Source of the DNA: Azolla caroliniana
Taxonomy: Eukaryota > Plantae > Polypodiophyta
Direction: 5' to 3'
NCBI GenBank assembly: GCA_043228905.1
Contig: JBHGNT010000011.1
Span: 620,001 to 684,000, forward strand
Length of the DNA stretch: 64,000 bases
Position 1 is the stretch's first letter; the number at the start of each line of letters is the position of its first letter. Below the pieces are notes generated by a model that was given only the letters and a program-made list of their open reading frames with translations, did not search any database and was not told where the DNA came from. The translations under genes were made by a program, and so were the position numbers. This document shows, piece after piece, positions 51,680-64,000 of this stretch.

Positions 51680-54600
51680 TGGAAGTAATTACGAGAATGG
51701 CAAGGGATTTCGCAAGAAGGAGAGAAAGACGGGAAGAGGTGTACAAGTACGATCGACGCGAGTTCGATCTATGGGTGTCGTCGGCAAAGGCTCCTCGAAG
51801 CGCAATAAAGGCGTTCCGGGAGTTCGATCTCCGGTTTTCCCAACTTTCGGTCCGGGATCAAGAATCGGTGGGGGCGGACAAGGTTCCACTATTCTTGAAG
51901 TCGGTCAACGAAAGGGGGAGAATGGCCATTTTTCCCTACCTCGAAGACGATGAAGGGGCGTACGGCCTCACTGAAGATTGGAACGAGGTGGAATGGGCGT
52001 GCATACAATGCGTTGAGAGGCGGTCGGCCACAATGCGGCCCGTGAGCGGCGGAGAAGAGAGAGCGGCGACCGACTACGCACTACCGCCGGAAGAGAGCTC
52101 AACGCAAATCGGTTCGAAGGAGCTCGACATCGAAGCCTTGGTGCGGGAAGCGTACGAGATCGTAGAGGCACAAATCAAAGCCGAAGAAGGGCTTATTGCG
52201 GAGTCGGGCCCGAGCGGATCAGAGGATGAGGGGGCCGAAAGAGAATGGTACATCGGTACCACGGGAGAGGGTTCGGAGCGAGCCACCCTCTCGACATGCG
52301 GAGAAAGATCGACCGAGGACGAGGTCGGGGACGGTGAGGCGGCGATCGCCGATTCGAGCAGACATGAGGGAGTTTGGGCATGGAGGCCCGAAACATCGAG
52401 TGAGGAGGAGACAAGCGGCGGTGCCGCGACCTTACACACATCGGCCCTAGAGGCACCGGCGGTCGGCCCGATTGCCGACGTGAGACCTAGAGCGACGGGT
52501 GGTGGCGGCAGCAAGGCGGGCAACCGAGACAACGGTAAGGAGACCGTGGAAGAGGAGGCGGCAAGCATAATTGATGCTTGCATATACGGAGGCGGGGTAG
52601 CCACGGACGACGATGTCCGAATGGAGGTGGCTACGGGCATAGCATCGATGAGCGGCGACGTTTCTACCTTACACGCACCGGTTCAAGAGACCCCGACAGC
52701 CGGCCCGAGTGCCCGCGTGAGACCTAGGGTAACGCACGGTGGCGGCGGCAAGGCAGGCGACCACGACGATGACGTGGGAGAGGGTGCGGAGCGAGCGACC
52801 CTCTCGACTTGTGGAAAGAGGACGGCCATGGATGAGGCCGATATCTACGGAGCAATGGATGCCACTTCGAGAGTGGGTGAAAGTTTTGGGACGCGGATGC
52901 CCGAAACGTTCTACGAGGATTTCGTGAGCATACTTGAGGCTTGCGAAATTGAGGAAGAAGAGGAGACGAGCGGCGGTGCCGCGACCTTCTACACACCGGT
53001 CCTAGAGACTCCGGCAACCGGCCCGAGAGCCGGTGTGAGACCTAGAGAGACGGACGGTGGCGGCGGCAAGGCGGGCAACCGAAATGACGAAGAGGAGGTT
53101 CGTAGCGGACGGAGGCGAGATCCCTCGACCCCGGGACCGGAGACTTCGGCGGTTGCGCCCGAGCGCAGACATAAGACCGAAGAGATGGGCGGTGGCTGTG
53201 AGGATGAGAGGCCCGGAGTGGGCACGTGCGAAAAGACCGAAGGAGAGGTCCGGAGCGGCATCGAGGAGCGAGTTGGGAACCGACCCGACTGAAAGATGAG
53301 CCGGTCGGTAATCCGACCCGACCGGGAGGCGGAGCGGAAGAAGAGTGAAGCGGGGTCCGGTCAACCGGGCCCAAACCGAAGAAGAACCGGCAAGGCTGGA
53401 TTTGTGCGGACAAACATGTACCGGCCGGTTACGATTACGGAAGGGAGCCGACCAAACCGGAACTCGATCGGCCGAGACTGATACGGGCGAAGGCTAAGTA
53501 GGCATGATTGGAGATCGGGGAGGACGGGTCACAACACGCGACGAGAGCTGGTGAGCGTATTGAGGAGGCCTAGTGGGCACGGTGATCACGGCTTGCTAGA
53601 AGACCGAGAGCGAGAGGGATCTTCCACACCCATTCTAGAAGCATCGGCGGTTGTGGATCAACGTGAGACCGGAGAGACGGCGGGTGGCGGCGAGGAGTCG
53701 GAGGCCGAAGCGGACAAGGTTATCGGAGCGGGTATCCGGTATGAGATGATGGACGAGCGGGTCCAAGATGGCAAGCCCGGGTCGGAACGGGCTACGGTGA
53801 CAAAGGAAGAAGTGGCCGACACGGAGGTCGGGTCTACGGCGGATAAAGGGCATAACACGAAGCATGCATTATGGTGGTGAAGGGCCCAAGAACGAGCATG
53901 CATCCGAAAGGGCGTCAACGAGTGACCGGAAACGGTGGACTGATTGAGCCTTTGAGAGGCGAGGACTCGGTGGTGGACCGAGAGTGGGAGGAACCCTCCA
54001 CACCTACCCGTGAGGCATCGGCGGTCGCGGATAGAAAGGAGAACGAAGAAACGGTGGGTGGCGGCGAGGAGTTTGAGACTGACGCGGAGGTCGGGTCTAC
54101 GGCGGAATCGCGACATGAGACGCATGCAATACGGCTGGTGGAGGGCCAAGACACAAGCATGCATACGACGGATGGGCGACAACGATTGACCGACAATGAC
54201 GGTTGGGTCAAGCCTTCGAGAGGCAAGCGCGGGACGAAGGACAGCGCGGCGAAACACCAAGACCGACGACATGGGCCGAGTGCGATCGGCATGAGCGGAG
54301 AGTCATGTCTTGAGAACCGAAGAAGGTGCGTGGAGAGCAACGAGCTACGCGCCGGGAAGAGGAAGCGAGGCTTCCCGGAGGGCATGCAAGGCCAAGCGGG
54401 CCAAGAGGGCGCAAGTCGAGGCGAAGCTGTAACGAGAGCCTCGAGGGACACCGACACGGAGGTCGGGATGACAGTACGCTCTACCGCGAAAGAGCACGGC
54501 GAACAACGGGGAAAGCCTACGAAAGGCAAGCGCGAAGCGGAGAGAATCGGCACGCCGAGGTGTGCGGCACACAAAGGGCAGAATCCGGCATGCGACCGGG

Positions 54601-55738
54601 AGCGCATCTGGAGGATATACGAGGCGGACAAAGGAAGAGCAACCGGGTCGGTGACAGTGTTCGGGAGGACCGAACGGGGAGGAAAGCACGAGCATCGGCT
54701 ACGGCAGGTCGGATGTAGTCGGTGGTTCAAGAACCCACGGTGGACGTGGCGGATCGGGTGGAGGCAACGACTCGACGAACATCGTCGAGTGTGGCGGATC
54801 GGATGGCGCCGACGGTTCGAGACCATTCGGCGAGGATGGTGGACCGAAAGACGGCGGTGGTTCGTGTGGACGGGGTGGTCTTGCTCGAAGTGGAAGACAA
54901 AACCGGGTGGGCCCACGAGGACGCTAAGGACTTGGCCGATCGTCGTGGCTGAAAATCTCGTGTTCTCTCCCCTATGTTTTGGCACATATCGGTGGATGTG
55001 CGGTTAGGTGGGGGCGGATGTCGTGAAGATTTTCGTCCACAAGCGGAAACCCGAGCAACGAGAGCCAAAGAGCGATGTGCAACGTTGCACACGTACATAA
55101 TGTATTTGTAATAGTAATAAGGGTAAAGGGTATGGTGCTAGAAATGCCCCATAAGATCCCTAAGGTATAAAGGTGATGTGGTCTTGGGCGCACATCCACG
55201 CAAGAGAGAGAGAGAGGTACTATGCGGTACATAGGTACCTAGTTGTTTGTGAGGAGGTGGGAGTTAAGGGGCCATCAATCTCACCCTCCCCCAAATCAAG
55301 GCAAATATCCCCTTTGAATGAAAGGGGATATTTTAGTCTCATTTTTGTAAACGGTCTTCCCTCCTTGTGCTATAAAAGGAGAGGGAAGGCACCATTGTGG
55401 GTGTTGCCTATTTTGAGTGTGCGAGGTATACCACATAGGTCGAGCGTTAGGGTTAGGGTTAGGGTTTCTTTGTCTTTTCTTCATCTTCGTCGGTTAGGGT
55501 TTCGAGTAGTTGTTTGGTGCGGCCTACGCGGCCACCGTTTTGTAATCATTCATTTCGTTTTAATATATCTTGTTGATAATCTTGTCTCCATCTTCCTCTT
55601 GTTCGATCTAATCTCTTGTTCATTCTTCTTCTTCTTGAGCAAAGCTTCCATCCCATGTCCGATTCCTTCTCCTCTACTCCTTAGTCCAAGACCCCCGTGG
55701 TCCCGCCCTTCTCCACGCACGCGCATAGCAACGCGACA
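51680..55738 (+). mobile_element. 5'-truncated non-autonomous Gypsy derivative: gag fragment plus repetitive acidic ORF, no pol, PPT, 3' LTR 55019-55738
   Basis: ORF 51601-53292 VGADKVPLFLKSV..LEDDEGAYGLTEDW is homologous to the gag at 38313. PPT GTGCGGTTAGGTGGGGGCGGA; LTR TGTCGTGAAGATTTTCG...GCGACA. Confidence 0.85.
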
Positions 55739-56857
55739 CCGCTTTTGATCGTGTTGTCGACATACCCACTCCACTTCGGACCAATCATCGATGAGGCCGT
55801 GTGCTCCATGATCATCTTCGAGCTCGAATAAAAATAGGAGGACTTTGTCCGCCCCCACCGATCTCCTATCCCGTTTGGAGAGTTGAGCAAAATGACGCTC
55901 AAACTGTTGGAATGCTTCCATTAGGCTTCGATGGGCCTTCACCGACGCTACCTATTGATCGAACTCATGCCGACTTCTCCCCTCTAGTTTCTTGTACCCG
56001 TATGCCTCCAGTGAAACTTCCATCCTCGTCCTCCCTTGCCACCCTTCACGTCGGGTTCACCAAAATGTTGCGGAAATCCGCGCGTGCGTGTCGGCTTGGG
56101 CGGGACCACAGGGGGTCTTGGACTAGGGAATAGAGGGGAAATGGGAGCTTATCCCTTACGGCCTTCGAGACGGGGAGGAGAAAGAAGAAGAGATTAACAC
56201 GATAGAGAAATAGATCAAGACAAGGTTAAACAAGCAAATTACACTATAAGGCATGAAAGCCATGATATGATTACAACCGCGGCCATAAGCCGGACTCAAA
56301 CACAAATAGAAGAAAACCCAAGCGAATAGGAAGAAGAACTAAACCCTAATCGAGAGAAGGGAAATGATACGAAAGGGGAACCTAAAACCGAAACCCTAAA
56401 ACGAAATCGGGGAAAAGATGATGAAGAAAATCCTAACGGTCTACCTCTAACGACAAAATGGTCACTCCCTCCCTTTTATGGTAGTAAGGGGTGAGGCACA
56501 TTACATAAAGAAGAGGTCAACCCCCCCTTCTTTTAATGGGGGAATATTTGGCCTTAATCTTAGGAGGAGAGATTGATGGAGCCTTAACTCCCTCTCCTCA
56601 CACACACACTATGCCCAATACTCACTACACCCGTATTTTATGTAGTCTCCCTTTAGTCTACTTGTGCATGTGCACATAAGTGCACATCACATTTACACTT
56701 TATGAATTTTCGTAGTGCACTTTTAACACCTTACATTTACCCTTCCTTTTTTACATTTGTTTCTTTTACAAATCTTCCAAGTGCATGTGCAATGTTGCAC
56801 ATCCCCATTTTATCCATCCACTTGGTTTTCTCACCATGGCCGAAAATCCTCACTACA

Positions 56858-58519
56858 ACGCATTTGACAGACTTCTCTCCCGGTAGTCGAAATCCTTCCA
56901 CTGCACAAGATCATCTACGGTCTCCATTATAAATCCCAATTGTAGATTATGCATTTATAAATAACAACTTGCACTCTTCCTTCCATTAAACTCTTATAGT
57001 CAATCACATAAGAAGACCATTTTTGGGCCAATGCTATATAGATACCAACTTTATTGCAAGACTCCAGAAATGGACCCAAGAACCACTAAATAAGGATCCA
57101 TAAGAATCTACTCTAGACAAGAAAGGATCCATGAGGAACCACTAAATAAGGATCCATAAGAATCAAATGACATTCTTGTAAAAAAACCATATCTGCAGAT
57201 CTCATAAAGGTTTTATGTAAGTCTTGCTTGATTCTAGTCTTAAATTTTTGTGCTTGTGCACCACCCAATCCTTGAACATTCCATGAAACAATACGAAAAT
57301 TACTCATATACTAACAAAAGTCGTTTACCTTTCACTCTCTTCTCCCCCACCGTTGCTTTCATAGGCCTAGTAATTTGCCAAGAAATTGCGAGTCCTGTCA
57401 AAGATTTTCTAGCCACAACTTCTGCATACGTATCCTTCTTTATAGACGAAGAGAGTGTGATCTTTCCCTCAAGCATCATACCTCCATTCATAACCATAGT
57501 ATATGACCGCACAACCAATTTTTCAAGCATGATTCCTTGTGTATTCGTAACATGGTTGGGCAAGGCCTTTGTTTTAGCCCGGGTTAACCTTCCACAATAC
57601 TGAAACCCATCCATATGACCATCAACCATAGACATCACAATTGTGCTCCCTTCATCCTTCTTCATCATAAATAACTCCATGAGAGACTTACCTCCTTCCT
57701 CGAGAGATATCATATGTTCATTAGCATTTCCTCCATTCAAGGTCTTCTCCTTCATAGAATTTATAATATCACTGTCAATTACAATACCATAATCCTTCTC
57801 TCTACCAAGCAACATAATGTTAGTATTAAAAGGAATTATTTGTAAATTTTCTCTTTTTAACCCATTGGTTATCATTAACTACATGTGATGTTTTTCTAGA
57901 TGGTACCCATACACCATTTGATATCCTCATCGAGGATCGTCTATCATGCTTCCTCCTAACTTCCGTCCAACCTTCATCATTAGTATTGCTAGAAAAACAC
58001 TTTTAAAGAGTTTGTTCATCTTGAATGGGACAATCCTTGACCGCATGCCCAATTGTATTACAAATGAAACATTGAATCTTAGGAAGTTTAGAATATTTAA
58101 CCTTTTGTACCCTCAACACGTCTTGAAACATAGAGGGCAGGTTGAAATTCCCAGCCACATAACACACTATGTCAAACTCTTCATCCATCAATTGAGCAAT
58201 CAATGAGGCCATATATGGCATCATTGGTTTCCATTCGTTAGGTAAAGCTAGAAACATGACGGAAAAGACAAAGTAATGAGATAAATGTTCACTAATTACA
58301 TTTAGGTCAAACCTAGGCTCCCATTGCAAGAAGCACAACAGAACACCATTAATCCTCGTAGATCCCATCCATAGCAACTTCACCACCATATTAGCAACTG
58401 GAAACTCAACATGATAACAAACTTTCCTAAGGAATTGAATATCCACAATCAGAGGGAGATATTCTTGGAGTCGAGCTTGCAGCAAGTGATGCAACTCCCT
58501 CTTGGAGCCAACCGTCAGG
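56858..58519 (-). mobile_element. L1-type LINE fragment: ORF1 and the start of the ORF2 endonuclease
   Basis: ORF1 knuckle CFICNTIGHAVKDC; APE start IVSWNVQGL...DMVFLQECHL at 57307. Confidence 0.85.
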
Positions 58520-59962
58520 TGCGGAACAAGAATCAACACTCTTCTTATGAAGATCTCAAGTAGGTAGCAAACAATAATAGATTTAAAGAGTAAACACAAC
58601 TTAATCAGAGATAAGATCAAAGAGAAGATAGGGAGAAGAGAGACACCAAAGTAGGCACACGAAAATGTAACTGTATTAATACTCAGAGTTACAAATGGCA
58701 ACAACAACCCCAACAACTAGGTTACAGAAGTCAGTTTAAATAGCAATAGACTTAGGGCAACTGCCATTTCCAGTATTTACATAAATAGCCTAAAACTAGT
58801 ATGTCCAAATGGGATAATGTGAATACGTTCATTATTTCCCCTATTCGACACTCCCCCGTAATGGGCATATATAAGAAAAAATCTGTAATCAAGAGAATAG
58901 ACAGAAAATATAGATTTATACAAAGGGTTGTTGAACAAGTCATCTTTTGTCCGAATCGACAACATCTGGGAACAAAGGGCTGGGTCTGCCGAGACTAGAA
59001 GAGCTGAAGCCAAATCAATTAGTCCGAAAAGGGAATCCCAATCGAAGAGTCTAATGTCAAGTCGACTATGTTGATTGTCGATTGTCCGAAAAACATCCTT
59101 AATGCCCGACTCAATCAGACTGATTCTTCGTTATGACCATCTGGTGCCGAAGGGATTGGAGATCTGTTAGAAGACACTTGGTCATCCCATTTGCGACATT
59201 ATCGGTTGTGGATATCTTCCTGAGGCCAATTTTCCCAGAAATGGTGCAATCCCGAACGAAGTGATATCTCATGTCTATATGCTTCGAGGTGTTGTGACGG
59301 AATGAATTTCGTGACAGAGCGACAGTGCCTTGACTGTCGCTGTAGACAACGAGAGCTGAGTCAAAGTCGGATTGTCAAAATGTGCAAACTAGCTGACCGA
59401 GCCACAAAGCTTCCATTGCTGTGTTAGAGGCGGTTATGTATTCGGCTTTACTGGTTCGAGTCAGCATAACCGACAATGCTTGAAGTCTTTTTCGGGCCGA
59501 ATAGGATGCCGTAGTCTTTTGTGCCCACCAAATATATGAACACATGCTTGATTGCATTCCAATGCGCTCGACTGGGATTTTGCATAAATTTGTTGACGAC
59601 TCCTACGGCATGGGCTAAGTCTGATTGTGTTGCAACCATTCCATACATCAAGGAGCCGACAGTCTATGTGTATGGCACCAACTTCATAATTACCCCCTCC
59701 GGACCGGATGTTCGGCGGTCCTTCTAAGATAGTTGTAGGCTGATTGGGAGTGGGGTCGAAGCAAATTTTATCGATTGCATGTTGAAGCGTTCTAAGACAC
59801 ATCCAATATAGTCGACTTATCTTCATCCCTAGAATGTATCTTGTTGGAAAAAGGTCCTGTTGGAGACACGACCGTCTCGTGTGGAACAAATCAACACTCT
59901 TCTAATAGAAGATCAATAAGCAGATACAATCAAGGTAGATTGATGGCAACAGAGACATAGAA

Positions 59963-60011
<49 letters not shown>

Positions 60012-60150
60012 GTTGGGCACAAGATGAACTAAATTATATCAACCAACAAAACTAGGTTACAAATTATCAGCTGTACCTATCTTCTCGAGGCTGATTTTCC
60101 TTGAAATGACCCAGTCCCGAACAAAGTGATATCGAACGTCGATGTGCTTC
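58520..60150 (-). mobile_element. Degenerate Copia 3' parts: LTR 58850-58520 with PPT, RT/RNase H remnants, a second partial LTR at ~59880-60065 and a further RNase H fragment
   Basis: YGMVATQSDLAHAVGVV..HWNAIKH, AEYITA and KHIDVRYHFVR remnants. GGGGGAG-TG at the LTR start. Confidence 0.8.
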
Positions 60151-61140
60151 CGAAGTTCGGTCATCTATTGAGCGGTGAAACTAAGGTATTGGGTTATTTG
60201 TGAAAAATACATCTCAATGGACATTTGTCCAGGAGGATTTCCTTTGCGTCATGAGTAGTTTATATACGAAAAAAAGTTAACAAAAACTATGTTTCTGTGC
60301 CCACATATGTGGTTTTGACTCTTTAAGTCCTATTACGAGGACCCCGAAGTGCACTTAGACCTCAAGTCTAAACATGTGTTATAGTCATATGTATCAACAA
60401 TGATGTATGGTCTTGGTTATATTTGAACTCGAGACCTCGAAAACAAATGCATTAAACACTTGAGCTAACAAATTAGGTTGCTCTTTTCGAATGTTTAATG
60501 TTTCATGCGTATAAGAGATATGCAAGGAATTTTCCCATATATGTTTTTTTAAAAGAAACATATGTGTCAAGAGTTCTTATTTCCCCCTCGTTTACCACAA
60601 ACATTGTTGGTACGTTACCTAACCTCAAGTCTCGTAATTACGATGGCATATGCCAAAGTGCAACCTAATGGTCAAGCCAAATGAGCCCTCTTTTCGTAGT
60701 AGGCCCACGTGGCCCATCACATGGTTACGTCATTACGAATGCCTTTTGTAAGAATGATCTCATGGTGGCATCGTATCTATGTAATGAGGGAGGGATGTTG
60801 GATATGTGTGTCATAGGAACGACCTCACATGAAGTGGGTCAAGCCCTACGTTCTCAATATCATTGTGGCTATAGACATTTCTTTACGTAATAAAATCAAA
60901 GTCACCAACGGGAATGTCAACAATAAAAAATTGTTGAAAACAGGGATGGTGACAACGCCATTCTCACAAAAATGTGAGGACAACCACCAAAATCCTTTCC
61001 CCGAAAAGGAAAACATTCGATATTAAAATCACGTAATAACTTATATACACACATATACGATCCAATACGTATACACGTGACCACATATGCATATATTAAA
61101 CAAATCGTTACATCAAATAGCCAAAAATGATGTAATCGAG

Positions 61141-61410
61141 ATACGTAATTGAGGCATATAGCCTCTATGCACACGAAACATCCAGAAATAAGGGTTCATC
61201 GTAATACGCAATTGAGGTATTGACCTCTTACGCATACGAGACCAAACACATATCATTTACAACAAAATCGAGGTATTGACCTCATACGCATACGTAACAT
61301 ATTTACGTGAACGTAATACGCAATTGAGGTATTAACCTTGTGTGCATACAACATTAATCACATATTCAATATATGTCAAATGAGGTATTGACCTCATACA
61401 CATATGTAAA
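61141..61410. repeat. Array of five palindromic GAGGT-ATTG-ACCTC motifs at ~56-bp period
   Basis: Motifs start at 61151, 61214, 61270, 61326 and 61382. Confidence 0.75.
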
Positions 61411-61486
61411 TGTTTTATACAACCAATTAATTACCACTACAACATCCTTGAATTAATGAAAACAAATACATATAGACTATATACAT

Positions 61487-61900
61487 TGTTGAGCGGCAAA
61501 CTCAACTGGAGCCGGATTGGCTAAATAAGCCTGAGCCGGCAAGCGAGACGGATCGGTAAGCTGTGAGCAACCGAGTCGGCAAGCAATAGAGCCGGTGAGC
61601 TGGGGAGCCGATTAGCCGGATCCAATCAGTAACCGGAAGCCTAGTATTAGCGTAGACTACTAGGCAATTATAGTCTCATAGTAAGTGTCAGATGCTCGTG
61701 TGAGCATTGAAGTACGTGGTACTTCTGTCAGTCCCACGAGGACTTGTATAAATAATGCTCATGAGCATAGTTGTACACACAAAGTGTTTTTATCGTTTTT
61801 GAATAAAGACTTGAAGTTCTGCTCTCTCTGTCTCTCCCATGTACTCTGTGTATTCCCTACCTTCTCTATTTTCTAATGCTTCCGCAAGTAATCGTTTACA
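61487..61900 (+). mobile_element. Solo LTR (414 bp) with 5-bp TSD TACAT
   Basis: TG...CA; TACAT at 61482-61486 and 61901-61905; internal TATAAATA and AATAAA. Confidence 0.85.
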
Positions 61901-62196
61901 TACATGATTAGATGGGAGAAGAAAAAAAAGAAAAAGAAAGAAAGGAAATAGTTACCCAAGTTCTTTGTTGATCGTTGTCTGGATCAAGGCCGACCGAACA
62001 TCGATCAATCACCATCAATCAAGAACACCAAAGACAACAAAAGAAACATTAGAACATGAGCTCGGATACCAACTATTAGAGACATGAACTAATGTAAGCA
62101 TAAAATAAGGATAAAAGATAGATCTAGATAGAAAGGAGAGAGACAATGAAGGGTGCCGATCCACCCGATCACCCCCGAGCGAAGGGATCGAGACGA

Positions 62197-64000
62197 TGTC
62201 GTAGTGTATTTTGTACACTACATGAAAAACTTATAAAGTAACGTTTTAGTAAATATGAAGAAATAGAAGAAAATATCAAAATAAATAATACATGCATAGG
62301 GCAAGATTCAAACCTTGCACCTCCATGTTAATAATGTGAAAGCTTACCATTATACTAGCATTTCATTAGTGTTCAAAAGTAGATGTTCCACATAGAAATC
62401 TTAGTTCACCTAGGATAAACACGTATGCTAAAAGAAAAACCTACGCATGCACATCTAGATAAAGCATATAGTCTATCTATAGGAAAAGCATTGAGTCTAT
62501 AGTTAGAGAAGAAAAAGCATGGATTGCTAAGACTCCCTCATCACTACATAAGGATGGGGAGCACAATGTAAGGTGTGTGTGAAATATTTGGGAAATTTGA
62601 TATATTTCCTAAAACACCAATTAATAAAATATATTCGTGGGATTCACGAAGTTTTATATAATCTACTCTTTCAATCTATGCTAAATTGTTATTAGGATTC
62701 TAAATATTAATAAATCTAATTATATATACTTGTGGGATTCACAAGTTCTTTTATCTCTTTCTTATAATCTATTCATAACTAGACTCGTCTCAAATTCTTC
62801 CTCCTCCTAGTCCAAAACCCCAGTGGTTCCCACCCGACTCACGCAACGATTTGGCGCCGAAAGGCACGACACAAGTGGTGAACCCGACGTGAAAGCGGGT
62901 GGCAAGGAGATGGAGAATCAACAAGAGGCGATGAGCATAATGATGATGATGATGATTGAGCGGATGCAACAAGAGCAACATGCGATGTCGGAGATGAAGT
63001 CGGCAGTAGAGCGGCTTGTGCAACGAAACGGGCAATTCAACGGAAATGATGTGTCACGTTATCTACGTGACTACAAGGCGGAGATGATGCGATGTGGGAT
63101 ACCGGAAGGATTGCAAGTGATATCCTTCAGCCGGGTAGCCACAGATGGGTTATAAGAGAGAATCTACAAGATACGGCAACAAAACCCAACATGGGGGTCC
63201 TTTGAAGAAGCTTGACGAGAGGCATATGATTACGATAGACCGAAAGGACGAGATCGGCGAGAGTTCGATGAATGGGTGGCATCGGAGAAGACCCACCGAA
63301 GTGCAACATAAGCATTCCTAGAGTTCGAGCATCGTTTTGCTCGACTCTCGGAGCGGGAACAAAGATTGTTGGGGGAGGATAAAGTCCTAATGTTCGTAAG
63401 ATCGATCGATCAAAAAGAAAGGATGGACATCGGGATCCAACTCGAAGATGATGACGGTGCAAATGGCCTTACCGAGGATTGGGCTGAAGTCGAAAGAGTA
63501 TGCCGAAGACACGATAAGTGGAAGATGAGAATATCGTCGGCAACAACATGGCCTATAAGGGATGATCGATTAAGGATGAACGATGTGGCTGATACGAAGG
63601 CCGAAATACAATATGATGGTACCACGGGAGAGAGTGTGGAACAAGTCACCCTCTCGTCTTGTGAAAGAACGACGGCCAAGGATAAGGTTGATGACTTGAG
63701 AGTGGCGAACACCACTTCAAGAACGGAAGAAGGTTTCGGAATACAAGTATCCGAAACATCGGGTGAAAAAGGGGTAAGCATAATCGATGCTTGCATGATC
63801 GAGGGAGATAAAGAGTGCGAGGCAGAATTAATTGAGGAGTCGCCATGAAAGATGACATCGAATCGGAGGTGGCTATGGACGAAGCGGATGGCCGTATGAA
63901 GACTTTCCCACCACTAGTTCTAGAGACTTCGGCAGTTGCGTTCGAAAAACAACGTGAGACCGAAGAGATGGAAGATGGTGGAGAGAAAACAAAGTTTGAA
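62197..64000 (+). mobile_element. Trp-primed Gypsy derivative: 5' LTR 62197-~62871, PBS, degenerate gag plus acidic tail; runs off the window
   Basis: TGTCGT...ACGACA, PBS TGGTGAACCCGACGTGAA at 62876, gag FNGNDVSRYL and LEDDDGANGLTEDW, tail homologous to the 51601 ORF. Confidence 0.88.

Larger units (their letters stand above)
36180..56857 (-). mobile_element. Non-autonomous Trp-primed Gypsy host element. 5' LTR 56857-56066, PBS, gag fragment to 55739, 3' internal pieces ~51678-51580 and 50574-50164, 3' LTR 36936-36180. Interrupted by nested insertions
   Basis: PBS TGGTGAACCCGACGTGAA at 56062-56045; PPT GTGCGGTTTGGTGGGGGTGGA at 36957-36937; gag VGADKVLLF..LEDDHGAHGLIDDW. The LTRs are near-identical over only about half their length. 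Confidence 0.7.

Noticed and set aside
53871-55007. 378-aa (+) and 356-aa (-) ORFs as genes
   Set aside because: This is a GC-rich TE interior with no recognisable domain. The related segment at 50164-50570 does not clearly preserve the same frame.
57080-57164. 29-bp direct repeat inside the L1 endonuclease region
   Set aside because: It looks like a local duplication or repair filler in a dead LINE.
60410-60480. Another antisense tRNA-like A/B-box relic
   Set aside because: The boxes are too degenerate to distinguish from chance.
61141-61410. CRISPR array
   Set aside because: The context is eukaryotic, there are no cas genes, the repeats are degenerate and the spacers are partly related to each other.

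Overview
Land-plant nuclear DNA. The retroelement complement suggests a seed-free plant such as a fern; that is inference only. Four host genes are visible: the first two exons of a ubinuclein/HPC2-like gene (-), a DUF1191 membrane-protein gene (+), a complete 3-exon beta-tubulin (-) and a 2-exon histone H2A (+). There is also a decaying tRNA-Ala cluster that has been amplified into a 143-bp tandem array. The rest is deeply nested retroelements: LINE fragments, Copia solo LTRs, one intact and very young Tto1-like Copia, three nested tRNA-Arg-primed Gypsy remnants, and many members of a tRNA-Trp-primed Gypsy family. That last family is the most interesting system in the window. Two of its LTR types carry an antisense tRNA-like Pol III cassette (A box, B box, T-run). 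It inserts with 4-bp TSDs centred on CpG (7 of 8 readable junctions are NCGN). It has a candidate -1 frameshift between protease and RT, and it has pol-less partners encoding a Gag fragment fused to a long acidic tail. All alignments and counts were made by eye.
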